From a virus (taxonomy: Duplodnaviria; Heunggongvirae; Uroviricota; Caudoviricetes), in the IMG/VR virus record IMGVR_UViG_3300046359_000179, positions 1-11,943 of that record: a DNA stretch of 11,943 bases; one strand, written 5' to 3'. Shown in pieces: positions 6,821-11,943 of this stretch. The translations under genes were made by a program, and so were the position numbers. How positions within the stretch are numbered: position 1 is the first letter of the stretch; each line of letters opens with the position of its first letter. The notes below the pieces were generated by a model. That model made no database searches. It worked only from the letters and a program-made list of their open reading frames with translations, and had not been told where the DNA came from.

Positions 6821-6847
6821 AAATTACCTCTTAAAGTTTAAAAATTA

Positions 6848-6863
6848 ATTATACAACAAATTC
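6848..6863 (-). promoter_or_regulatory. Putative promoter (gaatttgttgTATAAT) upstream of the 670-aa gene
   Basis: Intergenic, 27 nt upstream of the ATG at 6820. Shares the recurring motif. Confidence 0.55.
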
Positions 6864-6869
6864 TGGATT

Positions 6870-7670
6870 TTACCCAACTATTTTGACAACATCTATTTTT
6901 GCTTCCACTAGCTCAGAAGCCTCTCGCTTGATTCTCTGTGCATTTAAAATCAAAAAGACATTAAAGTCGCCGTAAGTCATAGTGGTAACCAAATTCTTAA
7001 AAGCCTTAGAAACAGCTTGTAGAAGGTGAGACTTTCGGCAAATGCCAAAATCAAAATATCGCTCAAACGCAATAACAGCAGTTTCTTCAACTGCGCAACG
7101 CATTTTATTCTCTGGTGCAGAATCATTCCATAATTTTGAACTAAAGAGCGGAGAATTCAGATTTTCCCTCATTAGTTCATTTGCAGGTCTGTTCGGGTGG
7201 GCAACCATTTCGTGGAGCTTGTCATGATCAATTTTTCGGTTAACTGCATCCACAAAAAATTCATCATTCATTTTATCCATCTTGATCCGCTTTTTAGAAT
7301 GCACTTTTTCCCAATGCGTTCTCAACATCTTCAGTAAAGCATGATCAATTTCTGCTCCGGCGACTTTCATCAAATGGATATGAAACATAGTCTTTTCCCA
7401 CTTGATATCCCAAGCAGCATGAGAAACTTTAAGCGTGAACAAAAAGTTAAGATCTAAAAAGACATCATGCTTGTTATTTTCTAGCATGTATTCAGACGCT
7501 GAACCGAACCACGTGTTTTCCAAGAGAAGTTTGGATGGACAGGGAGAAGGCTGAAAGGGCAGATTTTGGGACATGATGTCAATATCACCAGGCGGTCGAT
7601 TTAAATCGACCCAGTGCGATAAGGCGACAGACCCAATAACTAAAAATTTACGTTCTGGTTTAGGCGTCAT
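6870..7670 (-). CDS. Phage protein with a nucleotidyltransferase-like N-terminal signature (266 aa)
   Basis: VIGSVAL...R.P.DID resembles the pol-beta-fold GS/DxD motif. TLKVSHAAWD.KWEK and FF.DAV.RK.DHD.LH are patterns I recall from phage hypotheticals. The ORF is certain; the function is tentative. Confidence 0.7.
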   Translation of the reverse strand: MTPKPERKFLVIGSVALSHWVDLNRPPGDIDIMSQNLPFQPSPCPSKLLLENTWFGSASEYMLENNKHDVFLDLNFLFTLKVSHAAWDIKWEKTMFHIHLMKVAGAEIDHALLKMLRTHWEKVHSKKRIKMDKMNDEFFVDAVNRKIDHDKLHEMVAHPNRPANELMRENLNSPLFSSKLWNDSAPENKMRCAVEETAVIAFERYFDFGICRKSHLLQAVSKAFKNLVTTMTYGDFNVFLILNAQRIKREASELVEAKIDVVKIVG

Positions 7671-7676
7671 GTTGAA

Positions 7677-8030
7677 TCACTCAACGCTAAATTTCTTCCC
7701 ATCTACCAGATAAGAAATAATGAGCTGTTCGGCAGCTTTTAAAAGAGTTCTAGGGAAAGCGGTAACTACATCCCCGTTGGATGTGTGCAAAACCACACGA
7801 ACTTCGCGTTTAGCAGCATGGTTCAGCTTCTGAACTCGTGCATCGGGTAGAGTAATAACTGATCGTTTACAGTCGCCTGTGTCCCAAGAAACTTCTATTT
7901 CAGACATAGTTTTTCCAGCAAATACTCCCCACCCACTTTGGATTACAGTCCCATAAACAGGTTCTGCTTCCCAGCCAGAGTCGGTAAAACTTACACGATC
8001 CCCACAAACGAATTCATCCACAATTTTCAT
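7677..8030 (-). CDS. Hypothetical protein (117 aa), possibly with an SH3-like beta N-terminus
   Basis: AAGGAG SD 5 nt before the ATG. 'F..GDRV.F......GTV' pattern. Confidence 0.85.
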   Translation of the reverse strand: MKIVDEFVCGDRVSFTDSGWEAEPVYGTVIQSGWGVFAGKTMSEIEVSWDTGDCKRSVITLPDARVQKLNHAAKREVRVVLHTSNGDVVTAFPRTLLKAAEQLIISYLVDGKKFSVE

Positions 8031-8056
8031 CTTAGCTCCTTAAAACATCGTAGCAA

Positions 8057-8072
8057 ATTATACTCTATTTTA
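8057..8072 (-). promoter_or_regulatory. Putative promoter (taaaatagagTATAAT)
   Basis: In the gap between the 212-aa and 117-aa genes, upstream of a strong SD. Confidence 0.5.
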
Positions 8073-8708
8073 GCTCCAGAGGTTGCTAAAATATTTGCCG
8101 AAAAGCCGTTCACCGTTTTCTACTCGTTTCTCGTGTTTCATCAGGCCGACGCGGTCGATTTCAATTGACGAAATTCTTGCAGCTATAGAATCATCCTTCC
8201 GATCATGATGGGTAAAGAACTTTGAATCTGAATTCGGATCACATTTCTGCTCGAACGCCCAAATCATTTCGTCTAAAATCCAGTCCCAGCGTTCATGATG
8301 ATTGCCATCAATATCGTTTGGCCTTTCCGCAGGTTTCAATGTTGAATGAAGCCAAATCGGAACATCACAATCATCAGTGAACGGTGCGCCCTGCTTTTGG
8401 TGCTTTAATTGCTTTAGCAGCGGGAGAATGATTAGGCTTAAAGTATCGTCCGCATTCCATGTGTCATAAGAATCAATTCTGATTTTTACTGAACGGCTAC
8501 GTTTCGAGTGAACATATTCGCACAGCTTAGCAAATTTTGAGTCCCCACCGTGTCGATCCTTTGCCAGCCAGTCACCAAAGGCTTCCACCTTTCGGTAACC
8601 GTCAGTAATTTCATACTCGCTGTCATACTTCTTTACCCAGAAGAACAAAGCTTCAGCGATTTGGTATGGGCCCCAATAATTCAGGAACGGACCAATTTTG
8701 ACTTTCAT
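8070..8708 (-). CDS. Conserved hypothetical protein of T4-like phages (212 aa)
   Basis: AAGGA SD. Motifs MKVKIGP...GPYQIAE, IDSYDTWNAD.TL..IILP.LKQLK, RWDWILDEMIWAFE and NG.RLFGKY..LW, recalled from T4-like phage hypotheticals. Confidence 0.9.
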   Translation of the reverse strand: MKVKIGPFLNYWGPYQIAEALFFWVKKYDSEYEITDGYRKVEAFGDWLAKDRHGGDSKFAKLCEYVHSKRSRSVKIRIDSYDTWNADDTLSLIILPLLKQLKHQKQGAPFTDDCDVPIWLHSTLKPAERPNDIDGNHHERWDWILDEMIWAFEQKCDPNSDSKFFTHHDRKDDSIAARISSIEIDRVGLMKHEKRVENGERLFGKYFSNLWS

Positions 8709-8717
8709 AATTATCCT

Positions 8718-8888
8718 TTACGAAAAGGCACAAGCTTCTTCAATGGCCATCAGCGCATCAATCATTTCTTCACGAGGAGGCTGCTCAACATCATACCGTT
8801 GATTTTCAAAATAACACCCTGCCAACTGTTCAGTCGTCATTGATTCAAATTCGTTGCGAATTTGCTTGAGTTCATTGCGAATGTTCAT
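8718..8888 (-). CDS. Small acidic hypothetical protein (56 aa), missed by the ORF track
   Basis: MNIRNELKQIRNEFESMTTEQLAGCYFENQRYDVEQPPREEMIDALMAIEEACAFS. AAGGAG SD; its TAA runs directly into the SD of the next gene. Confidence 0.85.
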   Translation of the reverse strand: MNIRNELKQIRNEFESMTTEQLAGCYFENQRYDVEQPPREEMIDALMAIEEACAFS

Positions 8889-8917
8889 AATAAAGCTCCT
8901 TAAGTGTTGAGAAGTTT

Positions 8918-8933
8918 ATTATACTATGGTTTT
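8918..8933 (-). promoter_or_regulatory. Putative promoter (aaaaccatagTATAAT)
   Basis: Lies just downstream of the terminator at 8945-8979 and 29 nt upstream of the ATG at 8888. Confidence 0.55.
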
Positions 8934-8944
8934 GCGTGCCAAAT

Positions 8945-8979
8945 GAAAAAGTCGTGTAAACAAACGTGTTTACACGACT
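8945..8979 (-). terminator. Rho-independent terminator
   Basis: Perfect 12-bp stem agtcgtgtaaac / gtttacacgact (8950-8961 / 8968-8979), 6-nt loop, and a U-rich tail on the minus strand, 17 nt after the stop of the 333-aa gene. Confidence 0.85.
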
Positions 8980-8996
8980 ATAAGAACAATGCTTTG

Positions 8997-9998
8997 TTAA
9001 TTCTTTTGAATTGCGTCTAAGACCTCTTTCGCCTTGAATAAAGGGGAATCTGTTGACATTACCCGCAAAATTCGTTCAAGTTCTATTCTTGACATGCGCT
9101 TAGATGCAACCGCACCGAGTAGAGAAGTTGCTGCCTTCTCAGCACTTAGTGCCCCAAAAAGGACATCCATGACATACTGAGTGTTATTCACTGAACCCTG
9201 CATAGTTGCCTTTGCAGAATTTTCTCGAGCTGCTAAATCTGCTTTGCGTTCTAATTTAGAAATGCGTTCTTCATCCTGTGCTTCAGGCGAAGCAGCTTTT
9301 TGCGACCTCGCATACTCTCTGATCGCTGTCATATAGCGTGCGTAATTTGGGTAGTTTTCCAATATGTGCGGGTTGAAATGTTCTGCTCGCTCAGAGGCGG
9401 AAGTTTTAGCAGACATGGCAGTAATAACTTCTGGGTGTTTTGCTTTTTTAAGATTCAGTGTCATTACATAGAGTTTATGACTGAACAACTTTTTCAAAAG
9501 CGGGCGTGCAGCTTCAGTATCAGCTTGAAAGAGGGAATCAACAAGCGCCTTAGGAGCATTAATAATAACTGCCCTATCCATTCCTGCAGGAGCGTTCATC
9601 ATTTTACTATAGGTGAAAGAATTACCGAGGAACGCCAACTTTAGCAGTTTAGTAGTCCCGCCTTTTTTAATTGCTTCTACTTCTGCATCATCTAACGCGT
9701 CAACTAATTTCCCACCACCGCCTTTTACAAGGTAATAATTTTTGAGTTCTAAGTGCTCTAGGTAAAGTACAACGCGAACTTCGCTCCTGTCAATTCCTAA
9801 GAGCTCTGAACCAATTGTGACAAGGGCATTTTCATCGTCATCATCTTCAGGTTTTATTCGCTCTGGTTCTTCGTCAGGTTTTTGTTCAGGTTGCTCATCA
9901 GGCTTTACGGTTTTAAATGCATTCCACCCACGCTTAATGGCATCCATAACCCCCGCTTCAGATAGATAATTGATAGATGTTAAAAGTGATTTATCCAT
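8997..9998 (-). CDS. Hypothetical protein (333 aa) with an acidic Pro-rich N-terminal linker; possible virion protein
   Basis: Long ORF containing KPDEQPEQKPDEEPERIKPEDDDDE. No family recognised. Confidence 0.85.
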   Translation of the reverse strand: MDKSLLTSINYLSEAGVMDAIKRGWNAFKTVKPDEQPEQKPDEEPERIKPEDDDDENALVTIGSELLGIDRSEVRVVLYLEHLELKNYYLVKGGGGKLVDALDDAEVEAIKKGGTTKLLKLAFLGNSFTYSKMMNAPAGMDRAVIINAPKALVDSLFQADTEAARPLLKKLFSHKLYVMTLNLKKAKHPEVITAMSAKTSASERAEHFNPHILENYPNYARYMTAIREYARSQKAASPEAQDEERISKLERKADLAARENSAKATMQGSVNNTQYVMDVLFGALSAEKAATSLLGAVASKRMSRIELERILRVMSTDSPLFKAKEVLDAIQKN

Positions 9999-10004
9999 AG
10001 AAAA

Positions 10005-10056
10005 AGCCCTGCTAGTTGATGTTACGCTTATTTATGTAACATCAACTAGCAGGGCT
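10005..10056. repeat. Perfect 21-bp inverted repeat with a 10-nt loop (terminator-like; loop carries ATAAATA on the minus strand)
   Basis: agccctgctagttgatgttac (10005-10025) / gtaacatcaactagcagggct (10036-10056), followed on the minus strand by ttttct-ATG. Confidence 0.95.
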
Positions 10057-10073
10057 CCATTTCTAAATCGAAT

Positions 10074-10358
10074 TTATGCTTCTTGTGCCTTTAGCCTGAA
10101 AATAAAGGAAGGGGTTACAGACTTGTCAAATGAAGATTTCTCCCCATACTCCCACCACATTTCAACAGCCTCATCAGGATTCTTCTTCCAATGCTGATAG
10201 ACTAAATTCTCTATAACTTCCATTTCTCGAAGATTTTCTTTAATTTTCCAAACCTCATCAGAGAATTCAAACTTCCAATTAAACCCTTTCATTCGCTCTA
10301 CAATTTGGCTCTTCGGGGCGCTGGTAATCTCAGGTCGCAAAATTTCAAAAACTTTCAT
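10074..10358 (-). CDS. Hypothetical protein (94 aa)
   Basis: AAGGG SD before the ATG; co-oriented with neighbours; Trp/Glu/Lys-rich. Confidence 0.85.
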   Translation of the reverse strand: MKVFEILRPEITSAPKSQIVERMKGFNWKFEFSDEVWKIKENLREMEVIENLVYQHWKKNPDEAVEMWWEYGEKSSFDKSVTPSFIFRLKAQEA

Positions 10359-10387
10359 CTTTTACCCTTAAATTAAAAACTTTAGCC

Positions 10388-10418
10388 GATTCCAAAAATT
10401 TATTCAGGCTTTGGAATC
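10388..10418. repeat. 9-bp inverted repeat with a 13-nt loop in the intergenic gap
   Basis: gattccaaa (10388-10396) / tttggaatc (10410-10418). Confidence 0.7.
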
Positions 10419-10476
10419 TCAATTTGTAAAATACGAAGGAAAATTAATAAACTATAAAATAAAGGAACAAACATTA

Positions 10477-10800
10477 CTATCCAATTCTAAAAGTTGCAGA
10501 TTTCAAAAGTTCACACAGCTGGGACCTAGTCATTAGCGATCTACCGGGGCTGTGCTCGTCCATGTCATCATTATACCTTAAATGCTTTACAAAGTTTTTG
10601 TAGATTACTAATTCCCCATCATTTACGACAATATGCCCTTGAACAAGTTGAGAAAATAGCTGATGCCTAGAATCCTTCGTGATCAGCGAAGTTAACCCAT
10701 TTTCCGCTCCAACCAAAATCATCTCAATTCCATTGACAAGTGCCGACTGGCCGAATGCTAAAGTATTAATCTCCTCAGGAGTTTCGCTTAAATTTATCAC
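10477..10800 (-). CDS. Hypothetical protein (107 aa; GTG start uncertain)
   Basis: Fills the gap after the GNAT gene and ends in a double stop (TAG TAA). Confidence 0.75.
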   Translation of the reverse strand: MINLSETPEEINTLAFGQSALVNGIEMILVGAENGLTSLITKDSRHQLFSQLVQGHIVVNDGELVIYKNFVKHLRYNDDMDEHSPGRSLMTRSQLCELLKSATFRIG

Positions 10801-10806
10801 TTTTTA

Positions 10807-11415
10807 TTACAATCCTTTTAAAAGGGCGTTTACTAATTCCGTATTTCTGCGATAACATTTATCCACAATCGCGATTTGTTGATATGCTAAATCATGGGAA
10901 ATACATGCGGCTTTATCAAGCGGCCATTCTGCAAGCTGCAATTTTGCAATTGCATCGCCATGATCAATAATCACCTGCAACCCACTCGTTTTTGCAAGAT
11001 GTTGCATTGCTTTATTTTCCCGCAAGCATGACATATAAAGCATCCCTATATCATGCGACTTGCAAAAGACTAAAGTTCTGTCCATGAGCCTACGTGCCAG
11101 ACCGAAACCCCTAAATGATGAGTCTACTGAAATACCTAGTTCCGCACTTAGCCCAGAACCACCTTGCTCTATACCAGCAACATGAGCAAAGGCTATTAAA
11201 GTTTTTCGATCTTCATCAAAAATACCATATGCTTTAGATGCATCAAGATCAACCGTTTCATTTACATACTTATTCAGGGCGAAATCACCAAGTGCGGCAA
11301 AAAACCTGAGGTACCTATCATTTGGTGACAGGCGAAGCAAATGAGCTAAGATTTCTGGCTTATCATTGTTGTCTAATTCGGTAACTAGCAACCGCAAGTG
11401 ATTATTGATTTTCAT
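10807..11415 (-). CDS. GNAT family N-acetyltransferase (202 aa)
   Basis: HLLRLSPNDRYLRFF N-terminus, acetyl-CoA-binding motif AELGISVDSSFRGFGLARRLM, and CL.EN.AM..LA...GL. Confidence 0.9.
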   Translation of the reverse strand: MKINNHLRLLVTELDNNDKPEILAHLLRLSPNDRYLRFFAALGDFALNKYVNETVDLDASKAYGIFDEDRKTLIAFAHVAGIEQGGSGLSAELGISVDSSFRGFGLARRLMDRTLVFCKSHDIGMLYMSCLRENKAMQHLAKTSGLQVIIDHGDAIAKLQLAEWPLDKAACISHDLAYQQIAIVDKCYRRNTELVNALLKGL

Positions 11416-11417
11416 TT

Positions 11418-11663
11418 TTAATTAACGGACACATTTGGTGAACCTGTTGCAGCAGAATGATTCTTACTATCTTTATCACCGACACGTACAACAGGCTTCC
11501 CATTTGCAAAAACATTTGGTGAACCAGCAACCTTCGAATGATTCTTGTTATCTTTATCACCGACTCGCACAATAGGTTTTCCATTTGCAAAAACATTTGG
11601 AGAACCAGTTACTGCAACCTGATTAGCAGAATCTGTATCTCCGACTCTAACAATTTTTGACAT
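11418..11663 (-). CDS. PAAR-repeat protein (T4 gp5.4-like spike tip), 81 aa
   Basis: Three xxVRVGD...GSPNV repeats (KIVR, PIVR, PVVR) and NGKP turns; size typical of a stand-alone PAAR. Confidence 0.9.
   Translation of the reverse strand: MSKIVRVGDTDSANQVAVTGSPNVFANGKPIVRVGDKDNKNHSKVAGSPNVFANGKPVVRVGDKDSKNHSAATGSPNVSVN
11500..11600. repeat. 81-nt-period internal repeat of the PAAR gene
   Basis: ccatttgcaaaaacatttgg is identical at 11500-11519 and 11581-11600; the 27-aa protein period matches. Confidence 0.9.
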
Positions 11664-11665
11664 GA

Positions 11666-11854
11666 TTACTCAAGCAATCGAAAAAATGTTAGCAACAAAG
11701 CTGCAGGGATTACAGATGCCAAAGAAATCACTACTATAGAAGCCAAAATAGTGCATAGTAAAAATACAATGGTTGCAACGCCAACTGACGCTGCAAGAGC
11801 GCCAGTAATAACTAGCAAGCCGCCTAGTACGGCAAGCGCAATTGCGTTAAGCAT
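11666..11854 (-). CDS. Small hydrophobic membrane protein (62 aa; alternative start 11920)
   Basis: Almost entirely hydrophobic (about 2 TM helices). ATG at 11854 has AAGGGG upstream and overlaps the stop of an upstream frame. Confidence 0.7.
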   Translation of the reverse strand: MLNAIALAVLGGLLVITGALAASVGVATIVFLLCTILASIVVISLASVIPAALLLTFFRLLE

Positions 11855-11942
11855 CAGATTTTGACCCCTTAGAGCCCTTCGCAAAGTCGCCGTAGGTGCG
11901 AAACTTTTGCCACCAGGCATTAACCTTTGTGTGCAGTGGCGT
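11847..11942 (-). CDS. Possible 3' end of a gene starting outside the window
   Basis: Open frame TPLHTKVNAWWQKFRTYGDFAKGSKGSKSDA* whose TAA overlaps the ATG at 11854. An alternative frame stops at 11920-11922. Confidence 0.4.
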   Translation of the reverse strand, partial: TPLHTKVNAWWQKFRTYGDFAKGSKGSKSDA

Positions 11943-11943
11943 A

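Noticed and set aside
78-10197. All plus-strand ORFs in the track (e.g. 78-467, 3033-3422, 4688-5083, 6536-6841, 9300-9644)
   Set aside because: They lie antisense to well-supported minus-strand genes and show no recognisable motifs; treated as shadow ORFs.
10360-10536. Stop-free plus-strand stretch across the 10359-10476 gap
   Set aside because: No ATG/GTG start or SD; attributed to AT-rich chance.
2140-10575. TATAAT hexamers inside coding regions (2140-2145, near 3539-3544, 10570-10575)
   Set aside because: They are explained by Tyr-Asn codons in AT-rich genes and are not at gene boundaries.
2346-11596. Nested minus-strand ORFs 2346-2576, 3202-3504, 5710-5931, 7938-8168 and 11402-11596
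   Set aside because: They overlap real genes out of frame. The repeats in 11402-11596 simply mirror the PAAR repeat.
1-11943. CRISPR array, tRNA/rRNA genes, transposase or integrase
   Set aside because: No regularly spaced repeat-spacer units, no cloverleaf in the few intergenic gaps, and no mobile-element ORF.

Overview
Gene-dense window from a large dsDNA phage genome (T4-like or jumbo myovirus style, inferred from gene content and packing). Every supportable gene is on the minus strand. In transcription order (right to left): a partial ORF, a small membrane protein, an unusually symmetric PAAR spike-tip protein, a GNAT acetyltransferase, two small hypotheticals, a 333-aa protein bracketed by two strong hairpins, a 56-aa ORF missed by the track, conserved phage hypotheticals, a nucleotidyltransferase-like protein, a 670-aa protein (HDCNCC motif plus YfaP/DUF2135-like domain) with a 127-aa helical partner, a tightly coupled NAD-salvage cassette (pnuC, an unknown two-repeat protein, NadR-type NMN adenylyltransferase, NadR-type ribosylnicotinamide kinase), several small hypotheticals, and a partial 2OG-Fe(II) oxygenase-like ORF running off the left edge. 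Non-coding features include a recurring (T/A)GTATAAT-type promoter motif, hairpins with promoter-like motifs in their loops, and an 8-bp triple repeat that appears to truncate a small ORF upstream of pnuC. Family assignments come from motif recognition only; no searches were run.
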